Below, one piece after another: positions 9,798 through 20,259 of a DNA stretch of 64,000 nt. This DNA is from a virus, in the IMG/VR virus record IMGVR_UViG_3300027747_000967, positions 55,999-119,998 of that record. One strand, written 5' to 3'. The position numbers were made by a program, and so were the translations under genes. The notes under the pieces are model-generated. The model was given only the letters and a program-made list of their open reading frames with translations, was not told the DNA's origin and searched no databases. Positions within the stretch are counted from its first letter, which is position 1; each line of letters opens with the position of its first letter.

Positions 9798-10508
9798 TTA
9801 TGCCTCTGTATTAAATGTAATTACTTCTTTTATGTCACTACGATATGTATTTGGTGGATAATACCATCTATTTGTTTCACCTGGATGCATATCATAAGCC
9901 TTTGGATTTCCGCTACCGTGCCAACATTCTAAATCATAACGATGGTGCGGTTGACCAGAAAACTGTGGTTGATAATTATTTTCTGGTGGTGGAATTAATT
10001 TTTTACATCTTCTCAAATAAGATGCTTTGGCCCAATAGAAGTTACCAGCATAAAAAGGATGTGGAGGTTCACCTAAAAATGCAGCACCACAAGTATCATA
10101 ACCTTCATCTAATTTAGCTACACATTCTTGCCATTTTTCAATGTTCCAATACTGCATATACTTACGCCAGTTTTGATGGCCGCCATCAGGATGAGAAACA
10201 CCTTTATGTGTCATATGACATACATAAAATTCTTCATCGGAAGAATGTACCATGTTTTGGATGTATTGTGATGTTGTTGCTTCGTACCATTCTTTATATG
10301 ATTCATCAAAGTCATGATAAAAAACATTCGTTCTATTTTCCCAACGTTGTTCTAACCAACGGAAGTTTTCTTCACCAAAATGCAACATCATATGAACTTC
10401 ATCAGCGGCATCAAGTAAACCAGTTTTTTCTAGTAACTCGGTTTGTTCTAAGGTGATTTCTCTACCTCTCATCATGTGCATTGCATGACTAAAAACTTTT
10501 ATTTTCAT
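9798..10508 (-). CDS. Hypothetical, putative glycan-modifying/glycosyltransferase-like protein
   Basis: HKGVSH, WRKYM and FYAGNFYWAKASY motifs recalled from viral glycosylation loci; context. Confidence 0.45.
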   Translation of the reverse strand: MKIKVFSHAMHMMRGREITLEQTELLEKTGLLDAADEVHMMLHFGEENFRWLEQRWENRTNVFYHDFDESYKEWYEATTSQYIQNMVHSSDEEFYVCHMTHKGVSHPDGGHQNWRKYMQYWNIEKWQECVAKLDEGYDTCGAAFLGEPPHPFYAGNFYWAKASYLRRCKKLIPPPENNYQPQFSGQPHHRYDLECWHGSGNPKAYDMHPGETNRWYYPPNTYRSDIKEVITFNTEA

Positions 10509-10510
10509 TA

Positions 10511-11179
10511 TCAATTCCTTTTTGCTATAATGGTCAATATATTTGGTAAGTATGAAACAGATTTACGAATCTCATCTTCGTGATTACAAATATGAATTGG
10601 AGTAAATCCTGCTTTATGAACTAATGTAATTAAACCATGTGAATCAAAATGATGGAAATGTTCATTTTCTTTACGGTGTTTCCATGTTCTAAACCATTCA
10701 GCACCCATACGCTCGTGCATCCACGGTAATGATATCATAATATATTTTGTTTTAATTGAACCAAGTAGTTCATGTATATTAGGTTCAGGAATATGTTCAA
10801 TTGAATCAAAGAATGTAGTTACATCAACATCGATATCTTTGATATCTTTGATAAAAGTAATGCCTTCTGGTAACGGATAATCAGAGATATCATGACCATA
10901 CAATTTTATATCAGGTAAAAATTCTTCATTTTGTTTTTTTACACATTTCAAGAAATTGCCATCGCCATAACCAAAATCACAAATACTATTAAACTCACCT
11001 AAAGGTAAATAACTATCCAATAAATTAAATCTCAACTTTGACATTTCATCGGACATTTTTGTATAATACTCCATATAACGAGTATCATACTTCATAATTT
11101 CACCGGTAGGTTTACTTTGAAACCAATGACCTGGTTCTATCATTTCATAATTATCAATCATAATAAATCTGTTCTCCAA
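10511..11179 (-). CDS. Class I SAM-dependent methyltransferase
   Basis: ICDFGYGDGNF motif I; FFDSIEHI. Confidence 0.75.
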   Translation of the reverse strand: MENRFIMIDNYEMIEPGHWFQSKPTGEIMKYDTRYMEYYTKMSDEMSKLRFNLLDSYLPLGEFNSICDFGYGDGNFLKCVKKQNEEFLPDIKLYGHDISDYPLPEGITFIKDIKDIDVDVTTFFDSIEHIPEPNIHELLGSIKTKYIMISLPWMHERMGAEWFRTWKHRKENEHFHHFDSHGLITLVHKAGFTPIHICNHEDEIRKSVSYLPNILTIIAKRN

Positions 11180-11868
11180 TTGTTATTCCAAAACATATTA
11201 ATATTACCCCGACCTTGCAAAGCATAGAACGGTGTAGTATGTAGTAGCCCTACGGAACCATAATAATAATTAATATGCTTATCATCATCTAAAACAGAAG
11301 CAAAGTGTGATGTACCTGTATCACCACCAACAAAATGACTACAGTCAATAATGTTTTCAATATTTCTTATATAATCAGTATCACAAATAAAACCTTTTTG
11401 TTCTATACCACCAGGATTTGTCATACATAAAACTTTTTCGTAACCATCATATTCAGGTTGCATATAATGTTCAATCATACTGTTAACCATTTCAATTGAC
11501 CAATTTCTATAATGATTATATGGAGCATCCAACAAAGGAAAAATACAAATCTTTTTCTTTAGTGGTTTATTAAATTTTAATTTCAATTTATCACCAGTAA
11601 GTGACCTTAAATCCCAAAGATTTACATTCTGTAAATTTAATGAATTATTACTTGATTCGGAGGTAAGATAAGGAGTATTTTCTACCAACCAATCACGAAA
11701 CTGTAAACAATGTGGTGCTGGATTAACCGAACGGTCAGGAAGATGAAACTTTAAATCTTTGTATAGAGGAGGTTGTTCTTGTAAAAAGGCAAGATAGTTC
11801 AGAACTGCTATTATATCACCTGCTCTTAATCCTCCGCCAAAATTGTACGGCTCAATGTTTACAATCAT
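11158..11868 (-). CDS. GT-B (GT9-like) glycosyltransferase
   Basis: N-terminal RAGD and C-terminal FVGGDTGTSHFA, matching the GT9 DSGxxHxA motif. Confidence 0.55.
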   Translation of the reverse strand: MIVNIEPYNFGGGLRAGDIIAVLNYLAFLQEQPPLYKDLKFHLPDRSVNPAPHCLQFRDWLVENTPYLTSESSNNSLNLQNVNLWDLRSLTGDKLKLKFNKPLKKKICIFPLLDAPYNHYRNWSIEMVNSMIEHYMQPEYDGYEKVLCMTNPGGIEQKGFICDTDYIRNIENIIDCSHFVGGDTGTSHFASVLDDDKHINYYYGSVGLLHTTPFYALQGRGNINMFWNNNWRTDLL

Positions 11869-12599
11869 AATGTATTTGTGTCAAATTTTCTAATGTGTTG
11901 TATTGATGTTTTTCTGTTTGAATAAAAGTGGTCGGTAAAAATTTCTTCTATGGTTTTATTATTCCAATTAGTCATATCATCATCATATAAAATAATAGTT
12001 TCTTTTTTTATTAAATCGGACAATACAGCAATACCTGTTACGGTAGTTATGAACTTATTACTTTTCTTTATCAAATTACAATTATACACTAAATCTTTAG
12101 TATAGTCAAGATAGCTAACATCAAAATCTTTTAATATACCAGAGCCTTCAATGACATTAGATAATCTTCTATCATCCACATCAATAGCGTCTTTTGGTGC
12201 CCATCTGTCACCAACCAAAATACCTGTAATATTTTCTGTTTCCACAAATGGCACTTGTAATTCAAACTCATCATCAATATTAAATTGAATGCCATAATTT
12301 TGTTTAATGAAATTAGCATACCTATGAGCAATGGCTGAATTTAAACCGTGGTTTCCTTTGTCTCCTGTATCATCAATTAAAATAGCTTGTAATGGTTCTT
12401 GTATTTCGTGGACAAAAGATATTTTTTCAAACATTTCTTGTCCTAAAAGTAATTCTTTAATACCTTTAAATCTCTGTAATCTATGACAAATAATAAAGTG
12501 TATTTTTTCATTAGTGTGTTTATATAAACCGGATAATGCAGGTAAACAATGTGAGAAATCGCCTAAATTATGAATACGAGGAGAAGCAATATTAATCAT
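11865..12599 (-). CDS. GT-B (GT9-like) glycosyltransferase
   Basis: NLGDF...LPAL N-terminus; FITTVTG at the position of the DSG motif. Confidence 0.5.
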   Translation of the reverse strand: MINIASPRIHNLGDFSHCLPALSGLYKHTNEKIHFIICHRLQRFKGIKELLLGQEMFEKISFVHEIQEPLQAILIDDTGDKGNHGLNSAIAHRYANFIKQNYGIQFNIDDEFELQVPFVETENITGILVGDRWAPKDAIDVDDRRLSNVIEGSGILKDFDVSYLDYTKDLVYNCNLIKKSNKFITTVTGIAVLSDLIKKETIILYDDDMTNWNNKTIEEIFTDHFYSNRKTSIQHIRKFDTNTL

Positions 12600-13420
12600 T
12601 TTGAATTATTGTATTGGTTGAAGATAATAAACCAGTCGGAAGGATCCACATAATGCATTGAGAACATTTCTGGTTTTGTTAAGTAAGACATTAAGTATAA
12701 TGTTTGGTCGTAATGCACAAGGTTATGTTTTAATAATGCCAACATATTATTATAAACTAAATGCTGATAATCTTTCCACATATGCGTACCTGCTACCATA
12801 TGACAACCCATGACATACACATCGCCACGATAGATGATATCATCAATAGGTCTTTGTGGTTCAATAGGACGCAAACTGAATAGATGAATTTTATCTTTGT
12901 CAAAGTCATATGACCATTCATTAGAAGAAGGTAAGGTCGTATCATTCCTACAATAACCAAAATCAATCCATGCTGTCAAATCTGTTTTTACTAAACCAGA
13001 ATCAATTGCATTATTGATATAAAACACTTTCATTAGTTGAATCATGATGTATTCTGGCCACCAGTATTCAATAAAATGTGGTTTATCTACCTTTTCATAA
13101 AATGATGGAGAATCAAGAACCGTTTTAACTCTTGTTTTCAATTCTTCAAATTCTTTTGGCAAAAAAGATTCTAAAATGACGATAGATGTTTTTTCTTCTA
13201 AACCATTTTCTTTTCTTATATCACGAATTCTCTCGGCAAATTCTTCCGTTGTATAAATCACCATTGGATTTTTAATCTTGGCCAATTTTTCAAAGTATGA
13301 AAAATAAACATCAGTAGAACGATGTTGAAAATGAGGTAATGTTAAACCACGAATTTGTGTTGGTAAATTACCACGTCCAATATCAAAGAAATTGGTGATG
13401 ATTGTTATATTATTATCCAT
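12596..13420 (-). CDS. HtrL/YibB (WlaTC-like) glycosyltransferase family protein
   Basis: TIITNFFDIGRG, YFSYF, AWIDFGY and DQ motifs. Confidence 0.75.
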   Translation of the reverse strand: MDNNITIITNFFDIGRGNLPTQIRGLTLPHFQHRSTDVYFSYFEKLAKIKNPMVIYTTEEFAERIRDIRKENGLEEKTSIVILESFLPKEFEELKTRVKTVLDSPSFYEKVDKPHFIEYWWPEYIMIQLMKVFYINNAIDSGLVKTDLTAWIDFGYCRNDTTLPSSNEWSYDFDKDKIHLFSLRPIEPQRPIDDIIYRGDVYVMGCHMVAGTHMWKDYQHLVYNNMLALLKHNLVHYDQTLYLMSYLTKPEMFSMHYVDPSDWFIIFNQYNNSK

Positions 13421-14264
13421 ATTTTCTCTCAATCTTTTCTTTCCAATCAGGCGCCCTATTATATTGATGCACCATTACATATTTTTCACCTTTGCTTGTG
13501 TAAACATATTCACCGTCAAAATTAGGTTCAGGACTTAATAAATTTGGCCTAAATGAGGCCATTTTATTTGGGTCTACTGTTGTACCACATTCACAAGCCC
13601 AATTTGTATCATGGTCATTAAATTTAGTAATTGATTTATAAGGTTCTAATGATAACATGAGATTTACCCCAGCTTGGTCAGGCATAGGTTCTTGTAAATG
13701 TTGTATAGTAAGAAATACATTTAATGAAAAATCAATAAATGTTTTATATTCCCCTGCCATTGAACCGGCATTATAAATTGGTCGGTCTTTCATATGTTGT
13801 TGCATTACAGGACCAAAAGAGGTTAACATATTATTGTAACCCCACGGTTCGTCTTTATACTTTAAACTTTCACAACCATAATTTAATTTTTTGTTACCTA
13901 AATTCTTTTCTAACCATTCGGATGGATTACTTTGAAATACTACATCAGAACAATCAGTAGAAATAACATAACGAATGTCTTTCATTTCTTTTAAAAACAT
14001 CCAATGAAAATAATGTCGTGTTGCAGGAACTTGATAACCAAAGTTATCAGCAAAATGATAACCATCATTATTTTTATTACGATTATTTGATGTCAACCAA
14101 ACCTCAATACCGTTATCTTTTAATTGTTTAACTGTATCATCGGAAACATTGTGAACAATCATTGCTTTTCTTCCTGTGAAACCACAAGAATTTAATGAGT
14201 TAACCCAACATTTTAATTTGCTGTAATCATAATTTGACACAGCACTAATAACTAAATCTTGCAT
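13413..14264 (-). CDS. Putative GT-A glycosyltransferase
   Basis: TDCSDVVFQSNP, NAG, DQAGVN, VHQYNR. Confidence 0.6.
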   Translation of the reverse strand: MQDLVISAVSNYDYSKLKCWVNSLNSCGFTGRKAMIVHNVSDDTVKQLKDNGIEVWLTSNNRNKNNDGYHFADNFGYQVPATRHYFHWMFLKEMKDIRYVISTDCSDVVFQSNPSEWLEKNLGNKKLNYGCESLKYKDEPWGYNNMLTSFGPVMQQHMKDRPIYNAGSMAGEYKTFIDFSLNVFLTIQHLQEPMPDQAGVNLMLSLEPYKSITKFNDHDTNWACECGTTVDPNKMASFRPNLLSPEPNFDGEYVYTSKGEKYVMVHQYNRAPDWKEKIERKYG

Positions 14265-15040
14265 AATCTTTTTCCCAAATAGTAAAAAATTGTTTCGTAA
14301 TCAATTGGACCTATTTTAATATCTAATGCTTTTTCCAACTTACTTTTATCTAAAATGAATTGTCTTTCAAATACACTTGTAGTATTAATAATACTTGCTT
14401 TATACTTATAACCATCTATTAACCATTGAATTAGTTGTCCAATGCGTAAACCTTCACCCGAACTTAAATTATAAACGCCTAATGGTTTCTTTTTACAAAT
14501 CTTTTCAATAAGATTGGCAGCATAATCAACAGGTAAAAAATCTCTTTGTGTTGCCCAATCAGTAGTTAATTTAATTGAATTATTGTTTACTAATTGCGAC
14601 ATACAGTAACCCATAAATGAATTTCTACCATATTCAAAACCAAATATGTTTGAACCTCTTAATATTGTTGTTTGTTGTGGGAAATTAGATAATAATTTTA
14701 TTTCGGCAATCAATTTATTTTCACTATGACGGTCATAAGGAATGCAAGTTGAAAACTCGTTAAATGTTTTTAACTCTGAAAAATCACCATAGACTTTACT
14801 CGTTGATAACATGATGTAATGTAAACCGGATTCACAAGTACGTTTACCCACAGATAAATCTACATCAATAAATTCACTATAAGGATTTGTTTTAAACAAA
14901 GGATTTAATGCACAATTAATAACAGTATCATATTTACTTAAATCTACATCATTAAAATTATAATATGATACCTTATCAAATGTCAATAGGTGTTTAGCAA
15001 TAAAACTATTCTCACCTACTACGAGGACTTTTTTCTCCAT
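14252..15040 (-). CDS. NAD-dependent epimerase/reductase (SDR)
   Basis: VGENSFIA, STSKVYG, HSENK, RGSNIFG, RDFL. Confidence 0.75.
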   Translation of the reverse strand: MEKKVLVVGENSFIAKHLLTFDKVSYYNFNDVDLSKYDTVINCALNPLFKTNPYSEFIDVDLSVGKRTCESGLHYIMLSTSKVYGDFSELKTFNEFSTCIPYDRHSENKLIAEIKLLSNFPQQTTILRGSNIFGFEYGRNSFMGYCMSQLVNNNSIKLTTDWATQRDFLPVDYAANLIEKICKKKPLGVYNLSSGEGLRIGQLIQWLIDGYKYKASIINTTSVFERQFILDKSKLEKALDIKIGPIDYETIFYYLGKRLCKI

Positions 15041-15747
15041 GGGAAGATTCCATTATATTTTTCATTCATTACTTTATTGCCATTTTCAAAAAATTCTGCA
15101 TTAACAGAACCTTTACCGCCATCTACACGGTAACTTACTGTATATTCGTTTGTGCAGTCCCATTTAGGAAAGTGTTGTGATATAGCCGATAAAAATACTC
15201 TATCTTGCCCCCAACCACCGTGCCATACGCTTGCAATCTTAGTTGCTACCGATGTTTTAATACAGTAACTATTTGTATCAACGTGATTTATGCCATGATA
15301 TGTTTGCCATTTACCTAAAGATTCACAATCATCAAAGCAAATAAAATCACCTTTTTTATCATGTATTTTTCTTAATGAATAACACCAATCCAAATCTCTT
15401 GCTTCAATTGTTTCTACACATTGTTGAACGTGCCTGTCGTATAACCAATTGTCTTGGTCAAGATACATAACATAATCTGTATTAATAAGATGAGTAAAGG
15501 CAGCATATACTCTATGACCATAAAAACCTTTTGCTCCAACATTTTCTGGTAAGGTGCAGATGACTAAATTTTTTGTATCAACACCTTTATTTTTCATATT
15601 TGTTATATGATTTTTTACACCCCAATAATGGTCTTGGCCATCAACAACAAGATAACATTGTGTAGGATAAGTTTGTGTTAATACACTTTTTACTGCATCT
15701 ACAAATTCAGGATTACCTGTAGTAGGTATAATAACGGTAGCACTCAT
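15019..15747 (-). CDS. GT2-family glycosyltransferase
   Basis: TVIIPT, SVLTQT, VVDG, YLDQDN (DxD), QDR. Confidence 0.85.
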   Translation of the reverse strand: MSATVIIPTTGNPEFVDAVKSVLTQTYPTQCYLVVDGQDHYWGVKNHITNMKNKGVDTKNLVICTLPENVGAKGFYGHRVYAAFTHLINTDYVMYLDQDNWLYDRHVQQCVETIEARDLDWCYSLRKIHDKKGDFICFDDCESLGKWQTYHGINHVDTNSYCIKTSVATKIASVWHGGWGQDRVFLSAISQHFPKWDCTNEYTVSYRVDGGKGSVNAEFFENGNKVMNEKYNGIFPWRKKSS

Positions 15748-16338
15748 TTAATATTTCCATAAAAATTGATAACCAGCATGACAAGGTTGTTTATTGACTT
15801 TTAACATATAGTCAGTAACAAATCTTCCTTTACCAGATACTTGATTATTTTCAAACCAACAATCATCAACACCAATTAAAGCACCATCTTTTAAAGAAGG
15901 TAATATTGTTGTTAACTCATAGAGATGATGTAAAGCACTTTGATAAACAACTTCAGGATGTTCTCTAGGAGCATCAAAACTATCTAGATAAAGAAAATCA
16001 ATCTTCTTACCTTTTTCTAATAATTTAAGATTTAATTCTTTAAGAAAAGTAATACTGTCTTTTTGAACAACAGAAGAAAAATTACTTGTTAATTTACTTC
16101 TACAATAATTAACACTTTCTTCAGATATATCTACTGTGATAAAATTACCACCGTATTCATCTATATATTTGTCAAATAATAGACTACTTTGACCATCACC
16201 GGTATAATTATCTTCTTGTCTTGCACAACCTGTTTCAACAATAAAGGGCTCTTCAATTGATTGTAGATAATTAAAGATGTAATCAAATCCACCAATTCGT
16301 TCACCTAATCTATGTCTTACTTCATTATAAAATTGCAT
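15748..16338 (-). CDS. Class I SAM-dependent methyltransferase (Methyltransf_24-like)
   Basis: IVETGCAR, DSITFL, IDFLYLDSFD, IGVDD. Confidence 0.7.
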   Translation of the reverse strand: MQFYNEVRHRLGERIGGFDYIFNYLQSIEEPFIVETGCARQEDNYTGDGQSSLLFDKYIDEYGGNFITVDISEESVNYCRSKLTSNFSSVVQKDSITFLKELNLKLLEKGKKIDFLYLDSFDAPREHPEVVYQSALHHLYELTTILPSLKDGALIGVDDCWFENNQVSGKGRFVTDYMLKVNKQPCHAGYQFLWKY

Positions 16339-16349
16339 ATTATTCCTTA

Positions 16350-17495
16350 TTAATATAATTTTCCAAAAGGACCAAATCCATCACCTCGTTTTTCTGCTAA
16401 GAAAAATAAATCTGTTATAAACTTTTCAGTTTTCTTTTCTGACAACTTTGTCATTTCATATAAAAATTTTAATTGCATTAATTTGGAATTGGCTGTACCA
16501 TAATTTTCCTCATCAGTAATTTGTTTTAATATATTTTTTGAAAAGGTTTTACTGTCTGTAATATTTGTTACAACTTTTTGTTTGATACCGTCAAACATTT
16601 TTTTATATACTTGTTCTTCATTTACAAATTCTGGTGCACTAGAAGGATAATTTTGCCATTTGTTCTCAAAATCCATTTTATTTCTTTTGCAGGCTTCATA
16701 TACCAATTCAACAGGAGCTTTACCAATTTGGGCTGAACCTCCGGGTTCTTGAAATTCAAATATTAAATTACCAGGTCTATATGTTCTACCTGAAGTTCTA
16801 ATTGTTAAAGTGTATTTAATCAATTCTTTTGTATATTTTACTGTAAAAGCAACAGTAGCATTTGCTGCCTTAAATGTATTGTCATTTCTTAATAAAAAAT
16901 CACACTTTATATCTGTAATTGTAAATGTTGGATGTTTTCCGCTAGTGAATAAAATACCTTCTTGAACATTAACTTCTTGGTATCTGGCTTTATCTACTCT
17001 TTTATCTACGAGTTTTAATGAAATACCTACAACTTTTCTTTCTTTGAAAAGTGTTCTTAATATAGCATTTAATATTTCAATATCGTCAGTATTTTGTACA
17101 GCGTCTTTAATTTGTTTAACAACTTGTTGTTCATTTTGAATACACCACACATCAGCAGGATCCCAAGCATCTTTTTTAGAAATACCATATTTTTGATTTA
17201 CTAATTTAGAAACAAAATCCATAAATCCACCTTTAACACTAAACTCTTTAAACTTATCTTGTGAAAATTCTTTTAGAAATCCTTGTTGTTGTTTATAAAA
17301 ACTAACAATCCATTCTTTGGTAACATATGGGTAAATTCCTTTTTTTGAAGGTGTTCCTATAATTTCTTTTTTAAATTTTTCATCTTCAAAAATTTCATCT
17401 GCACTTTTATATTTTACATTGTGATTTAACGCTTGGTCAAAAATCCATGCGGATGTTTTTTCTTGCATTTCAGTTAATTCGGTTGAACTAGGCAT
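16350..17495 (-). CDS. Hypothetical, possible PD-(D/E)XK-type nuclease
   Basis: QE helix ... WDPADVW ... GISLK pattern; C-terminal GPFGKLY. Confidence 0.45.
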   Translation of the reverse strand: MPSSTELTEMQEKTSAWIFDQALNHNVKYKSADEIFEDEKFKKEIIGTPSKKGIYPYVTKEWIVSFYKQQQGFLKEFSQDKFKEFSVKGGFMDFVSKLVNQKYGISKKDAWDPADVWCIQNEQQVVKQIKDAVQNTDDIEILNAILRTLFKERKVVGISLKLVDKRVDKARYQEVNVQEGILFTSGKHPTFTITDIKCDFLLRNDNTFKAANATVAFTVKYTKELIKYTLTIRTSGRTYRPGNLIFEFQEPGGSAQIGKAPVELVYEACKRNKMDFENKWQNYPSSAPEFVNEEQVYKKMFDGIKQKVVTNITDSKTFSKNILKQITDEENYGTANSKLMQLKFLYEMTKLSEKKTEKFITDLFFLAEKRGDGFGPFGKLY

Positions 17496-17496
17496 T

Positions 17497-18612
17497 TTAT
17501 CTTATAATCTGTATATCTTTACCTGAAGTCCATACTTCAAGTTCGGTTCTTAATCGTCCTTCTTTTTGAAGGGTCTCATATCTATTTATAGCTTTATTCC
17601 GCCACCATTCTACAATATTACCAAGTTCATGTTTATCATAGTTATCGCCTTTTACCAATTGCTCGGCCTTACCATTCATGTAGTCAATCATATTAGAAAA
17701 ACCATAATCTGACACATAATATCTTTTGTGTTCTGTCAACTTCTTAGCGTTCTCAATCGTTAAACTGAATGCCTCCCCTTCAGAACTACCTTTAAGTGCT
17801 GCTTTAGTCATAGATATAATCTTAGTAAATGTTCTTAATTTCCTACTTGTAGTAGATTCATCTTCTTCTAAAATATCTCCACCAACTCTTGCTTCAACAT
17901 ATTCTTTTAAATCTGTATATCTTTTACCATTCATCATAGGTACAAAATCAGATACAGTTAAACCTTTATACCGAATGAATGGTTTCATACCATCATATTG
18001 AGATACTTGTTTTGTTGAACCATAAAGACTTGTTGTTTCAAACAAACAAAGATTCATATTATACTTTTTGTTTACCATTTCTCTTACGGTATGTGATGTG
18101 CAGATGGCGGCCAATAGTTTACCACCAAGATAATTAAATCCAAATGGCTGTGCTGGTACAATTGCAAATCCCATAATTGTTGATTCATTAAATCGTTTTG
18201 TTGATACAGGATTCTGTATCCAAACTTGTCCAAGCATATCATTACGAGGTTTCATATAGATAACAGGTGATGCTAAACGAATTAAACCTAGAATCTTTCC
18301 TGAGTTTTTTTCCTTGACAGCAAATGGTATATTTCTGCCGACAGGTGCTCTATTTACATGAGAAGAAGTAATCGCTAATAATGTATCCCATTGTTGTATT
18401 GGTATTTCACCAATTTCAATATCCATATCTTTTGGGTGCATTGTAAAGTCTGAGAACAAATCATCTTCGGGAGGCCATAAAGCAGAAGTTTGAAAGTTAG
18501 AAACATGGTTAATCTTTTCTTCTCTCATATATTCTTCAATACTACCATAATTACTAAAGTAATCGTGAAATACTTTTGATACATGAATTGCCGCATCTCT
18601 CTCTAATTTCAT
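17497..18612 (-). CDS. DUF4338 (DruA-like) domain protein, paralogue 1
   Basis: VGRN, VPAQPFGFNYLGGKLLA, FETTSLYG, SQYDGM. Confidence 0.7.
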   Translation of the reverse strand: MKLERDAAIHVSKVFHDYFSNYGSIEEYMREEKINHVSNFQTSALWPPEDDLFSDFTMHPKDMDIEIGEIPIQQWDTLLAITSSHVNRAPVGRNIPFAVKEKNSGKILGLIRLASPVIYMKPRNDMLGQVWIQNPVSTKRFNESTIMGFAIVPAQPFGFNYLGGKLLAAICTSHTVREMVNKKYNMNLCLFETTSLYGSTKQVSQYDGMKPFIRYKGLTVSDFVPMMNGKRYTDLKEYVEARVGGDILEEDESTTSRKLRTFTKIISMTKAALKGSSEGEAFSLTIENAKKLTEHKRYYVSDYGFSNMIDYMNGKAEQLVKGDNYDKHELGNIVEWWRNKAINRYETLQKEGRLRTELEVWTSGKDIQIIR

Positions 18613-19976
18613 ACTTTAAAACCTTCAAATGATTTCTTTGCTAATTTATCATGGTTAGTGCCAGCGTCAGCAATACCTTCTTGTGCAGATTGTTCTACAT
18701 CATATAATTTCATTTTTGCTCTATCTACACCGATTGTAAATCTCTTGTAGTGTGTTGGGTCATTATAACGATTCTTTAATTGTTTGACCATCAGTTGACC
18801 AAGTTCTTCTAATTCTTCAGAAGAAATTAATGCAAACATCAAATCTGCTGTTGCTGGTAATCCAAAGGATTCGGAGGTATCTTCAAGGCCAGGATCGCTT
18901 GATGTAAATCCTGACCGAGTGGTCTGTGTGGCAGAAACAATAGGTACATTATACTCAACAGCAAGACCTCGCAGTTCTTCTGCAATGGATTTGACGTATG
19001 TGTAAGAGTTAATATTTGCGCCTGCTTTAATACGAGAAGAACAACAGATATTAAGATAATCAATAAAGATAATATCAGGTATAAAAGACTTTTTAAGATT
19101 AAGTTCATTGAGTAATGTTCTAAAGTGAGTTGTTGATGCAGATGCGGTTGGATATTCTTTAATGATTAGTTTACCTGTAGTATTTTTTCTTACACGGTCT
19201 ACTTTTTTATCATAAATATCTTTTGGTAATTCCATTAAATCGTCAAGTGTAACATTTAAAAGATTTGCATCTATTCTTTCAGCAATCTTTTCTTCAGCCA
19301 TTTCCATAGTGATATACAATACATTTTTACCTTGTGACATTGCTCCTGCAGCCACATGACACATAAAGAGAGATTTACCAACTCCCGTGCCAGCAAGAGC
19401 AATATTAAGCGTTTTCGCTGGGAGTCCACCTTTTGTGATTTTGTTAAAATACTCCAAATCAAAGGGAATTCTTTCTTCTTTACGGTGATAAAATTCGTAT
19501 CGTTCATCTGAGTCCTGTAAGTAATCGTGTCCAACTGAATTATCAAAGCTTACGGCCAAAGCGTCCGATAATATCTTGGGAATCTGACCTTTGTCGTGTG
19601 TTTTAGAACTGCCGTCCAGTATGGAAATAGACCCCAATACTGCATTGTATATTGCTTTTTCCTGGCAAAATTTTTCTGTTTTGTCAACAAGCCATTGTAT
19701 CTCAGCTTTTGCTTCCTTACTACTTTCAATTTCTTGAAGATAATTTTGCAACTTCTGAACTTCGTCATCTGTAAGAGAATTCTTTTCCTTGACGGCAATT
19801 GACAACGCTTCAATCTGCGGTGTAGTATTGTAAGATTCCGTGAATGATGTAATTTCATTAAATAATGTTCTCTCAGCTTTATCTGAGAAATATTCTGGTT
19901 TGATAAATGGTAATGTTTTTCTTAAATAATCTTCATTGTAAATCAGGTGTTTCAGTATCGCTTGTTCTATTCTCAT
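18609..19976 (-). CDS. gp41: Replicative DNA helicase
   Basis: LAGTGVGKS Walker A, YITMEM, IDYLNI, SATQT, SESFGLPATAD; T4 synteny. Confidence 0.97.
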   Translation of the reverse strand: MRIEQAILKHLIYNEDYLRKTLPFIKPEYFSDKAERTLFNEITSFTESYNTTPQIEALSIAVKEKNSLTDDEVQKLQNYLQEIESSKEAKAEIQWLVDKTEKFCQEKAIYNAVLGSISILDGSSKTHDKGQIPKILSDALAVSFDNSVGHDYLQDSDERYEFYHRKEERIPFDLEYFNKITKGGLPAKTLNIALAGTGVGKSLFMCHVAAGAMSQGKNVLYITMEMAEEKIAERIDANLLNVTLDDLMELPKDIYDKKVDRVRKNTTGKLIIKEYPTASASTTHFRTLLNELNLKKSFIPDIIFIDYLNICCSSRIKAGANINSYTYVKSIAEELRGLAVEYNVPIVSATQTTRSGFTSSDPGLEDTSESFGLPATADLMFALISSEELEELGQLMVKQLKNRYNDPTHYKRFTIGVDRAKMKLYDVEQSAQEGIADAGTNHDKLAKKSFEGFKV

Positions 19977-20259
19977 CAATAAATTCCTCGTTCATGTTAC
20001 CACTCATTATTTCCACTAATAAATCACCAATATAATTTTTAAACGATTCATCTTTTTCTAATTTTTTTGGCTTGTCTACTTTAGATTCTAACACATCATA
20101 AGCGAAAAGTAAATAGACCTGGTCATTTTTTTCTTCAAACTTTACCTTACCATATTTAAATACGGTATCTTTATATGGACCGGATAAAAACCGAATATGT
20201 ACTGAAGTAGTATCATCTTTTGGGTAAATAAAACAGTAATCAATTCCTTCTACCATCAT
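19933..20259 (-). CDS. Small conserved protein between uvsX and gene 41 (positional gp40 equivalent)
   Basis: Synteny uvsX-40-41; 108 aa. Confidence 0.5.
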   Translation of the reverse strand: MMVEGIDYCFIYPKDDTTSVHIRFLSGPYKDTVFKYGKVKFEEKNDQVYLLFAYDVLESKVDKPKKLEKDESFKNYIGDLLVEIMSGNMNEEFIDENRTSDTETPDLQ

